Assembly (NCBI GenBank): GCA_965205095.1
Contig: OZ242040.1
Location: forward strand, 640,553 to 704,552
Reading direction: 5' to 3'
DNA: 64,000 nt
Source of the DNA: Candidatus Multivorans sp.
GTDB taxonomy: Bacteria; Acidobacteriota; Thermoanaerobaculia; Multivoradales; Multivoraceae
A program made the translations under genes and the position numbers. Below are positions 19,764 through 27,252 of the stretch, one piece after another. Positions within the stretch are counted from its first letter, which is position 1, and each line of letters opens with the position of its first letter. The notes beneath the pieces were generated by a model. It worked only from the letters and a program-made list of their open reading frames with translations. It searched no databases and was not told the DNA's origin.

Positions 19764-20060
19764 ATGTCCAAGAAAGCACTAGCCACAGTTCTCCTCATCA
19801 CTCTCGGCTTCGCCATCGCTCCAACGGCAGGGGCCAGCAGCCCTCCCGACTTTCCGGTCCCGGACGGCGGCGACCCGGCCGAGGCCGAGCAAGTCGGTGA
19901 ACTCGTCCTCGCGACGGCGACCGGCGGAACAAACTGGAGCTGCGTCGGCGCCGTCCTCGGCTTCAGTTTCACAGCTCTCGCAGCCGGCGCTGCGACCGGC
20001 GGCGTCGGTCTTGCCATCGTCGGAGCCTACGCGCCAGTTGCCCTCGTCCTTTGCTCCTAA
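19764..20060 (+). CDS. Bacteriocin-like precursor P4 (signal peptide + GG leader + core)
   Basis: AAGGA RBS; Sec signal (..TAGA); VGELVLATATGG; 43-aa hydrophobic core TNWSC...LCS. Confidence 0.85.
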   Translation: MSKKALATVLLITLGFAIAPTAGASSPPDFPVPDGGDPAEAEQVGELVLATATGGTNWSCVGAVLGFSFTALAAGAATGGVGLAIVGAYAPVALVLCS

Positions 20061-20197
20061 GCCCCTTCTTCAAACCCAGTAGACCACGTCAATAGAGAGT
20101 TCGATGGCCACGAAGAAGTCAGGAGCCCTGCCCAACCCATCGGGTCGACCTCCCACGTCTCCTGCGTGGCCATCGTCTCTCTACTCCGCAGAGATGT

Positions 20198-20227
20198 TTG
20201 ACGGACGCCATCCCGGCGCGCTAGCGT
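20198..20227 (+). promoter_or_regulatory. Sigma70-like promoter of structured element copy 1
   Basis: TTGACG-N18-TAGCGT; a homologous promoter is at 24460. Confidence 0.6.
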
Positions 20228-20233
20228 CCGCCC

Positions 20234-20369
20234 GTTGGTTGTCAGAGGCGCAGTGGGCCTGCGAGCCGGACCCCCTGCCATGCTTGGCCAGTGCCCCTGG
20301 GCCTAGGGTCGCTCCCTTCGTCAGGCGAAGCGGTGGGGGGTCTCGTCGCTCCTCTGCAAGGCGGCCAGC
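20234..20369 (+). ncRNA. Putative structured ncRNA, copy 1 (family not recognised)
   Basis: Rod-like pairing by eye; apical GGGTCGCTCCC; colinear homolog at 24495-24629 with base-pair-preserving differences. Confidence 0.6.
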
Positions 20370-20438
20370 GCGGTCCGCCGCCAGTCCTGGTGTCGGCCTT
20401 CCCCATCGCGAGAGCCGGACAGTGACCCCGAGGACTCC

Positions 20439-22025
20439 ATGGCCAGGTTGACTGTGCACGGAAGCCGGGCCGACCGGCTGCTGACCCTGGCACGGCTGGT
20501 GTTGCCGGACGCCATTCGGCGGGCCAACCAGCCATTGGCGGTGGTGGTTCTGGTCGCCATCCTGTTCTTCGTGTTCGCGACCGTCGCGACCCTGGGGTTG
20601 CTTCCGGCGATGTTTGCCATCGAGAGTGACGCACTGCGGAGAAACCTCCTGAGCCTGATCGCCTGCTCCGTGACGACGATCGCGCTGCTCGCCCAGGTGA
20701 CGCTTCGAGCGCCGGTTACCTGGCTGCTCGACCTGGAGGACCTGCTGCGGCTGCCCGTCGGCTTCCGGGACCTGTACGGGCTTCGGTTCGCTCTCAGCAC
20801 GATCGGGTACTGGCTCCCCGTTCTCGGTCCCGCCGGCGTCTACCTCACCGTCATGAGGTCGGGAGGTCTCAGCGGAGTGCCGGTCACCCTGCTGGGCATT
20901 CTTAGCCTGGTCTGGATCTTCGGCCGTACGGCGGCGATCCTGTCTCTTCTCGTCGACCGCTCGGTCGAAGGTGGGCTCGGCACACTGGCCATGGTGGTGA
21001 TCATGGCGGCCTGCCAGGGCGCGATTCTCTTCGGATCGCTGGCGTTCGGCGGCGAACTCGATTCCGAAGCGATCATTGGGGCGATTGAGGAGTCCGCCGT
21101 TCTCGGCGGCCTCGGCTACACGCCCCCCGGCCTCGTCGTCGGCATCGTCCACCAACCGGGGCCTTCGTTGCCGAATCTGGCGAGACTGGGCGGCCTGATG
21201 ATCGTTCTCGGCGCCCTGGTCGCGCTCGAGAACCGGCTCCTCCTTCGTAGCTACGTAGAACGTCCTGGCGGTGACCGCCGAGTCGCTTCCGGTGTGCTTC
21301 CTCTGGTCCGAACGCTCCGAAGATCCCGCCGTCTCACTCCCATGGCCACCCTTACGGTCCTCGAAACCGAATGCCTGTTGCGCCTCAAACCGGCAAGGTT
21401 AGTTCTGGCGATCGCGGTCGCCTTCGCCCTGGTCTGGTTACCTGCCTTCGCCGGTCTCGCCGTCGGTGTGGCCGGGCTCTTTGGACTTGCGCTTCATGGC
21501 TTCCGGGTGGAGAAGCAGCCATCGACCTGCTACGTATGGAGGGAATCGCTCGGCCTGCCCTTCACCGTCCCCCAGGTGTTTCGCGCAACCGGCCGTGCGC
21601 CCAGCGTGATCAGCGTCGTCGTTCTTGCTTTCATCCTGAGTCTGACGCCGCTCGACTGGTTCGGCTGGAGCTTCTTCCTGGCCGCGTCCTGCCTGATGCT
21701 CAGCGGCCTCCTCCTGGCCGGAGCCGCATACGGCCTGATCCAGGTCCACTGGCCCCAACGCAGTGCCGGCCCGAGCCACGAGACGAATGCCGCGAAGTTC
21801 GCGGCGTCACTCCTGTTGCCGCAGATCGCCTTCGCTCCAGTACTCCTCTCCTTCACTCTGTACATCCTGTACGAGCGCGAACGTCTCAGCGCTTCTACCG
21901 TCGGCCTCGTCGCGGCAGCAGTCCTCCTCCTCGCTGCCGGGGCCGCGTACGCGTCTCGTCGAAGGCAAAGACAGATGCTGAAAGCCCGGGGCCGCGAACT
22001 CCTCCTCGGAGACCCTTCCCACTAG
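20439..22025 (+). CDS. Multi-pass membrane protein, putative ABC exporter permease
   Basis: About 12 TM segments; LLRLPV motif; directly upstream of an ABC ATPase. Confidence 0.75.
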   Translation: MARLTVHGSRADRLLTLARLVLPDAIRRANQPLAVVVLVAILFFVFATVATLGLLPAMFAIESDALRRNLLSLIACSVTTIALLAQVTLRAPVTWLLDLEDLLRLPVGFRDLYGLRFALSTIGYWLPVLGPAGVYLTVMRSGGLSGVPVTLLGILSLVWIFGRTAAILSLLVDRSVEGGLGTLAMVVIMAACQGAILFGSLAFGGELDSEAIIGAIEESAVLGGLGYTPPGLVVGIVHQPGPSLPNLARLGGLMIVLGALVALENRLLLRSYVERPGGDRRVASGVLPLVRTLRRSRRLTPMATLTVLETECLLRLKPARLVLAIAVAFALVWLPAFAGLAVGVAGLFGLALHGFRVEKQPSTCYVWRESLGLPFTVPQVFRATGRAPSVISVVVLAFILSLTPLDWFGWSFFLAASCLMLSGLLLAGAAYGLIQVHWPQRSAGPSHETNAAKFAASLLLPQIAFAPVLLSFTLYILYERERLSASTVGLVAAAVLLLAAGAAYASRRRQRQMLKARGRELLLGDPSH

Positions 22026-22077
22026 CCCCTGCCCTACAACCCCCTCTGCCCCTACAACCACAAGGAACACCTCACGG

Positions 22078-22866
22078 ATGGAAGAAGCAATCAAGGCAGA
22101 GAACCTGACCCGGTCGTACGGAGGAAACGTCGTCGTCGACGGCGTCGACCTGGACGTCCGGGAGGGCCAGATCCTGGGTTTCGTCGGCCCCAACGGGGCC
22201 GGCAAGACGACGACCTGGTCGATGTTGACCGGAGTCTTGCAACCGACGAAGGGAACGGTGCGGCTGCTCGGCAAGCCGATGGACATCAACGACACCGAGC
22301 TCAAGCAGGAACTCGGCATCGTGCCCGATCACAGCGTGATGTTCGAGAGCCTGACCGGCGAGGAACTGCTGCTGTCGTATGCCCGCATCTATGGCCTGGG
22401 CCGCGAGGACGCCGGGCAGCGGACCGACGAGGCGCTCGCGGTGTTCGACCTCGAGGACGCCGCCAAGCGGCCGATCACGACCTACTCCCACGGCATGAGG
22501 AAGAAGATCCGCCTGGCCGCGGCGACCCTTCACGGTCCGCGAATCCTGTTCCTCGACGAGCCGTTCGAGGGGATGGACGCCCTGAGCGCCCGCACCGTCA
22601 TGTCGATCCTGCAGCAGATGGCCGAGCAGGGGGCAGCCATCTTCCTCACTTCCCACATGCTCGACTACGTCGAGCGCGTGTCGACCCACATCGCCGTCAT
22701 CAGGGACGGCAAGGTCCTTCTTTCGTGCTCCCGCGAGGAGTTCCGCGAACTGCCCGCCGCCGAGGGAGAAGACGGCGCCGGCCGGCTCGAGAACCTCATT
22801 CTCAGCATCTCCAGGCGCGAGAGGTTCTCCCGCCTCTCCTGGATCGGCAACAGGAGCACGACATGA
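22078..22866 (+). CDS. ABC transporter ATP-binding protein (ABC-2/drug export type)
   Basis: GPNGAGKTT, YSHGMRKK, LFLDEP, LTSH. Confidence 0.95.
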   Translation: MEEAIKAENLTRSYGGNVVVDGVDLDVREGQILGFVGPNGAGKTTTWSMLTGVLQPTKGTVRLLGKPMDINDTELKQELGIVPDHSVMFESLTGEELLLSYARIYGLGREDAGQRTDEALAVFDLEDAAKRPITTYSHGMRKKIRLAAATLHGPRILFLDEPFEGMDALSARTVMSILQQMAEQGAAIFLTSHMLDYVERVSTHIAVIRDGKVLLSCSREEFRELPAAEGEDGAGRLENLILSISRRERFSRLSWIGNRSTT

Positions 22867-23642
22867 CCGAGCATCCAGGCAGCACCCAAGGCGAACGCCA
22901 CGCCAAGACCAGCGGCGACGACTCACCGGGCCGGAACGCCTGGCTCACGGCGCTGGTCGGGCTCTTCGCGTCGCCGCGGCGGAGCCTCGAGATCATCCGG
23001 AACCGCAACCCATGGCTCGCAACGCTGCTCCTGGTCCTGGCCGGAAACGCCGCCCTGGCCCTGGCCTCCGCGCCGCTGGGTCTCCAGGCCATGCGGGCTC
23101 AACTGACGGAACGGATGCCTGGCAGCCCCGAACAGGTCGACGCCATGATGGCGCAGTTCGAACAGGCAGCCGCGGCAGGGCGTTGGCTGGCGATGGCCAC
23201 CGGCCCCCTCTCCGTGGCCGTCGGACTCGCGATTCAGACCGTCCTCGTGTGGCTGCTGGCGACCGCGCTCCAGGGACGGCTCCGATTCGTCCAGTCCCTC
23301 GCCCTGATGATCCACCTGGCCGTGATCACTCATCTCCAGGGCTGGGCCAACTTCCTTCTCGTTCACCTCCGCGGCAGCGACGCGATCCGCTCGCAACTGG
23401 ACCTCCGGGCGCCGATAGGACTCGACCTGCTGCTGGCCGGCGACAACGCGACGCTCAACGCCGTCTACGCGAGCATCAACCCGTTCACGATCTGGTTTCT
23501 CTCGCTGCTCGCCCTGGGCGCTGCCGCCGTGTTCGAGATCCCGCAGCGCAAGGCCTGGCTGCTGGCCGCCATCTACTGGGCAGCGACGACGGCCTTCACC
23601 GCCGTGGCGGCCGGTCTCTTTGCCCGGCTCACACCGAGCTGA
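22863..23642 (+). CDS. Yip1 domain membrane protein
   Basis: LFASPRRSLEIIR..PW, five TM segments, SINPFTIW..LLALG; ATGA overlap with the ATPase gene. Confidence 0.8.
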   Translation: MTEHPGSTQGERHAKTSGDDSPGRNAWLTALVGLFASPRRSLEIIRNRNPWLATLLLVLAGNAALALASAPLGLQAMRAQLTERMPGSPEQVDAMMAQFEQAAAAGRWLAMATGPLSVAVGLAIQTVLVWLLATALQGRLRFVQSLALMIHLAVITHLQGWANFLLVHLRGSDAIRSQLDLRAPIGLDLLLAGDNATLNAVYASINPFTIWFLSLLALGAAAVFEIPQRKAWLLAAIYWAATTAFTAVAAGLFARLTPS

Positions 23643-23687
23643 CCCGGCCGGCGACCCGGTTCGATCCCGCGTCGATACACTCCCCTC

Positions 23688-24386
23688 ATGGGCGAAGAAC
23701 CGGAGGCGAGCGGCCACCTCCGGTTCAAGGCCCTGATCTGGATCTTCACCGCTCCGCGGAAGAGCTTCGTCGTCATTCGCGAGCACCACCCGTGGGTCGC
23801 CGGCCTGGCCGTGGGCAGCTTCCTGATCGTCCTGGCCCTTCTGCTGAACGCATGGTGGTTCGGCGATGCCATGGGAAGCATCGGCGAGCCCCTCGAGATT
23901 CCCTACGGGATGGTCTCGTTCGTCCTGGCGGCCGTCCCGCTCACGCTCCTGTTCGAGGCCGCCGTGCTTCGGCTCCTGGCGGCGGCCATGAAGGGTCGGG
24001 CGCGGTTCGAGCAGTGCCTGTCGCTGGCGCTGCATGTCGGCCTCGTCGGCGCCGTGGGAGTGGTCGTCCGCTCGCTGTTGAGAACCACCCAGGTCGACAG
24101 CCTCCTCGAGCTGCAGCGGAGCGTCCTCGACAGGAAACCGGATTCCGGCCTCGACGTGATCGGGCAGGTAGCCGAAATGGCGCCCGGCGCGATTCTCGAC
24201 CTGATGATCCACTCCTTCGTCTTCATATGGTCCTTCCTCCTGCTCGGCCTGGGCGCCGCCGCGGTGTTCCGGCTGTCCCTACCAGCCGGGTTCGCCATCG
24301 CCGCGATCAACTGGGTGGCAGGAAAGGTGTTGGAGATCGGTTTGGCGGGCCTGATGATCGCGGCGGTGACGGCATCCTTCCCCTGA
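23688..24386 (+). CDS. Yip1 domain membrane protein (paralog)
   Basis: IFTAPRKSFVVIR..PW, GRARFEQCLSLALH, FIWSFLLLGLGAAAVF; aligns by eye with the preceding gene. Confidence 0.8.
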   Translation: MGEEPEASGHLRFKALIWIFTAPRKSFVVIREHHPWVAGLAVGSFLIVLALLLNAWWFGDAMGSIGEPLEIPYGMVSFVLAAVPLTLLFEAAVLRLLAAAMKGRARFEQCLSLALHVGLVGAVGVVVRSLLRTTQVDSLLELQRSVLDRKPDSGLDVIGQVAEMAPGAILDLMIHSFVFIWSFLLLGLGAAAVFRLSLPAGFAIAAINWVAGKVLEIGLAGLMIAAVTASFP

Positions 24387-24459
24387 CCGCGACGCGGCCA
24401 GGCGGCAGTTTTCGCCTCAGCGTTCGTCTCGGCCGCCGCCCCACAGATGGTCGAGTCGT

Positions 24460-24488
24460 TTGACGGACAATCGACCGCGCGGTAGCTT
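24460..24488 (+). promoter_or_regulatory. Sigma70-like promoter of structured element copy 2
   Basis: TTGACG-N17-TAGCTT. Confidence 0.65.
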
Positions 24489-24494
24489 CTCGCC

Positions 24495-24629
24495 GTTGGT
24501 TGTCGTCGCGCCGTGGGCCTGCGAGCCGGGTCTCCTGCCGAATACAACAGTCGACACCAGGCGCCGGGTCGCTCCCGGCGCTCGGCGAATAGGCAGGGCG
24601 TTTCGTGCCCACTGTGCATGGCGACCAAC
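24495..24629 (+). ncRNA. Putative structured ncRNA, copy 2
   Basis: GTTGGTTGTC/GGCGACCAAC closing stem, GTGGGC/GCCCAC, CCTGCC/GGCAGG, apical hairpin GCGCCGGG-TCGCT-CCCGGCGC. Confidence 0.65.
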
Positions 24630-24719
24630 AAGGCCCGGCGCCAACTCTCTCTGCCGGCCTCGGCCGCGGCATGCTGGTATAACGGTGGCACCAACCGGCT
24701 ATCGATGAGGGGAGAAACC

Positions 24720-25820
24720 ATGCCGAGCAGAGTTACTCTCGCTGCCGCCACCGCCGCGGCCGTCGCCTTCCTGGCGGTACCCGCTGCGCCTGCCGCCGAC
24801 GACGACGCGATCCCGCGCACGGCCTCAGGCCGTCCCGACCTGACCGGCGACTACGAGATCTCCACGCTGACCCCGTTGCAGCGACCTCAGGAGTTCGGCG
24901 ACAACCTGTACCTGACGCCCGAGCAGGCGGAAGAGATCGCCGAACGGGAGCGCCAGCGCGTAGCGGCACGCGCCGCCGTCCGCCGGATCGACGAACCGCC
25001 CCCGCCCGGCGGCGCGCCGCCCATCGGCCTCGGCGACGAGTTCCGGGAGACGAGCGGGGCCGGCAACGTCGGCGGCTACAACAACTTCTGGACGGATCGC
25101 GGCAGCGACGTGTTCTCGATCGACGGCAGGTTCCGGACCTCGATCATCGTCGATCCGCCGAACGGCCGGATGCCGCAACTGACCGCCGAGACGCTGCAGA
25201 GGATGTCCGAGCGCCGCGGTCGCCGGCGGGGCAACGACGGCACGGCCTGGTGGCTCGAGGTCGAGGGCCCCGGTCCGTACGACGGCCCCGAAAACCTGGG
25301 CGTCCCCGAACGCTGCCTGATCGGCTTCGGCTCCACCGGCGGACCTCCGATGCTGCCCGTGCTCTACAACAACGCCAAGCGGATCGTGCAGACCGAAGAC
25401 CACCTGATGATCCTGGTCGAGATGGTGCACGACGCGCGCATCGTCCGCATCGGCGGCGAGCACGTCCCGAAAGACGAGCGCCGCTGGCTCGGCGACTCGA
25501 TCGGCTGGTGGGAGGGCGACACACTCGTGGTCGAAACGACGAACTTCATCGACCGCCCGGCGCTCTTCCTGGCCTCACGGAACCTCAAGGTGACCGAGCG
25601 CTTCACACGGGTCAACGCGGACGACCTGCTCTACGCGTTCACGGTCGAGGACCCGACCGTGTGGAGCGCGCCCTGGAGCGGCGAGTACCTGTGGCCCGGC
25701 ACGCCCGCCAAGGTCTACGAGTACGCCTGCCACGAGGGGAACTACGCCATGGGCAACATCCTCAGGGGCGCGCGGCTGCTCGAGGACGAGACCCGCGGCG
25801 CGGCCAGCGGCGGCCAGTAG
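24720..25820 (+). CDS. Secreted hypothetical protein (PRT..G.PDL.G family)
   Basis: Signal peptide; IPRTASGRPDLTG, DPPNGRMP, ERC, GDSIGWWEGDTLVVETTNF, YEYACHEGNY; TGGTATAAC extended -10 upstream. Confidence 0.85.
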   Translation: MPSRVTLAAATAAAVAFLAVPAAPAADDDAIPRTASGRPDLTGDYEISTLTPLQRPQEFGDNLYLTPEQAEEIAERERQRVAARAAVRRIDEPPPPGGAPPIGLGDEFRETSGAGNVGGYNNFWTDRGSDVFSIDGRFRTSIIVDPPNGRMPQLTAETLQRMSERRGRRRGNDGTAWWLEVEGPGPYDGPENLGVPERCLIGFGSTGGPPMLPVLYNNAKRIVQTEDHLMILVEMVHDARIVRIGGEHVPKDERRWLGDSIGWWEGDTLVVETTNFIDRPALFLASRNLKVTERFTRVNADDLLYAFTVEDPTVWSAPWSGEYLWPGTPAKVYEYACHEGNYAMGNILRGARLLEDETRGAASGGQ

Positions 25821-25856
25821 TTCCCGAGCCGCTGCTCTCCCGAGCCGCTCCTTCCG

Positions 25857-26282
25857 CTACTGCTCGGTCGGATCCCGACCGTCGCGCGGCGCGCCCGTTC
25901 CCGAGGAACCCATGAACAGCTTGCGGCCGTCCGGGAAGGTCAGGTCGCGGCCGTTCGCCTTGTTCGAGCCGTCCTTCGCCTGGTAGCCGTCGACCACGAT
26001 CTCGGTCCCCGGCAGGAGCGACCTCTTCGTGAAGCCGCGCCTGGCGAGCGTGTTCGGCGTACCGCCTTCGACCATCCAGACGGTCGACGAGCCATCGTCG
26101 TTCATCACCTCCAGGTGAATCCAGGCGTGGGGATTGATCCACTCCATCTTCGTCACCTTGCCGCGAAGCTGGAGCGGCCTGTCGGCGTCGAACTCGGCCG
26201 AAAAGGCGTGATGAGCGGCGAGCGGAATGGCGAGCACCAGGGCGAAGCCTGCTGCCAGTAGGACGATTCGCTGGAACTTCAT
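25857..26282 (-). CDS. DUF6152 family secreted protein
   Basis: Signal peptide followed by HHAFSAEFD, EWINPH, WMVEGGTPN.L. Confidence 0.8.
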   Translation of the reverse strand: MKFQRIVLLAAGFALVLAIPLAAHHAFSAEFDADRPLQLRGKVTKMEWINPHAWIHLEVMNDDGSSTVWMVEGGTPNTLARRGFTKRSLLPGTEIVVDGYQAKDGSNKANGRDLTFPDGRKLFMGSSGTGAPRDGRDPTEQ

Positions 26283-26311
26283 CGCTGTTCTCCTCTCCTT
26301 GGCGGTATCCG

Positions 26312-27133
26312 TCAGGGACCCGAGTCGGCGCCCTTGCGCAGGTGGCCGTACATCAGCTCCTCGGCGAACTCGACGCACTTGAACTCGAGCAACTGCATGT
26401 TCGGGTCGACCCTGCGGTAGAGCGGCAGGCTGATCGTCCAGGGCTGGCTGTAGACGTTCTCGTCGGTGATCGTCGCCTCGTACTGGAGGTGATACGGGCT
26501 CATCGCGGTCCAGCGCTCCTCGACGTGGATCGCGTCCGTGTGGTGGTTACCGCTCGAGTCGAGCCAGGTGTCCGGCACCTGACTCGTCACGTCGACCACC
26601 AGTGTCTCCCCTTCCCAGCGACCGATCGAGTGTCCCATCCAGGTATCGAACGGAGCCTCGAAGCCCTCCCGGTTCATGTAGACCACGCGGCTGGCGCTGG
26701 CGAACTCGTAGGCGATCAGCACGTGATCGGGCGTCTGGACGATCTGGAACGGGAACGGCATGTAGTTGGCGCGCGGGATGCCCGGCATGTAGCACTTCAC
26801 CGCCGGATCGAGCGCCAGCCAGTTCTCGCGGTTCTGATCGCGCTTCTCCAGCGCCTCCGGCAGGTACGGGATCCTGCCGCCTTCGACGATGCCGAGACCG
26901 CCCGGTATCGCGCCCAGCGCGGCCATCTCGACCACCGGGCCGTGGCGCGCGGCGTGCGGTTCGATGTCCCAGTGGGCCGCGCCCAGCGCCTGCCAGATCC
27001 CGTTGAGATCCGGCCTGTCGTCGTGGGTGCGCGGCGCCCTGTAGTCGCTGTCCTGCGCCGCCGCGGGCACCGCCGCGAACACCAACGCCGCAAGCAGCGT
27101 CAACACCGCCCGTTCCGTGAGACTCCGCTTCAT
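26312..27133 (-). CDS. Secreted hypothetical protein, paralog of 24720-25820
   Basis: APRT..RPDLNGIWQ, DPAVKCYMPGIPR, GHSIGRWEGETLVVDV; GAGGAGG RBS. Confidence 0.85.
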   Translation of the reverse strand: MKRSLTERAVLTLLAALVFAAVPAAAQDSDYRAPRTHDDRPDLNGIWQALGAAHWDIEPHAARHGPVVEMAALGAIPGGLGIVEGGRIPYLPEALEKRDQNRENWLALDPAVKCYMPGIPRANYMPFPFQIVQTPDHVLIAYEFASASRVVYMNREGFEAPFDTWMGHSIGRWEGETLVVDVTSQVPDTWLDSSGNHHTDAIHVEERWTAMSPYHLQYEATITDENVYSQPWTISLPLYRRVDPNMQLLEFKCVEFAEELMYGHLRKGADSGP

Positions 27134-27252
27134 CACAATCTGCCTCCTCCGATGAGGGCCTGCTCTGGTCGCGAACGGTGAGGATAGCAGCCTGCTCGCC
27201 CGGTTCCCCCGCGACTCGGGCTCGAACCGGCTGGCGCTAACATGGTCATCCG

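Noticed and set aside
18780-20060. Lanthipeptide, sactipeptide or thiopeptide precursors
   Set aside because: No LanB/C/M, radical SAM or YcaO gene nearby; paired Cys plus a CxxC protein fit disulfides better.
20234-20369. Cobalamin riboswitch or group II intron domain V (GAGCCGG..CCTGCC resemblance)
   Set aside because: The other conserved elements (GGGAA, GCCACTG, the domain V hairpin) are missing, and the segment pairs within a rod structure instead.
20104-20451. Fifth precursor peptide (115-aa ORF)
   Set aside because: No signal peptide, leader motif or hydrophobic core, and it runs through the promoter and the structured element.
24495-24629. Retron msr-msd (terminal inverted repeats with a long hairpin)
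   Set aside because: No reverse transcriptase gene in the window.
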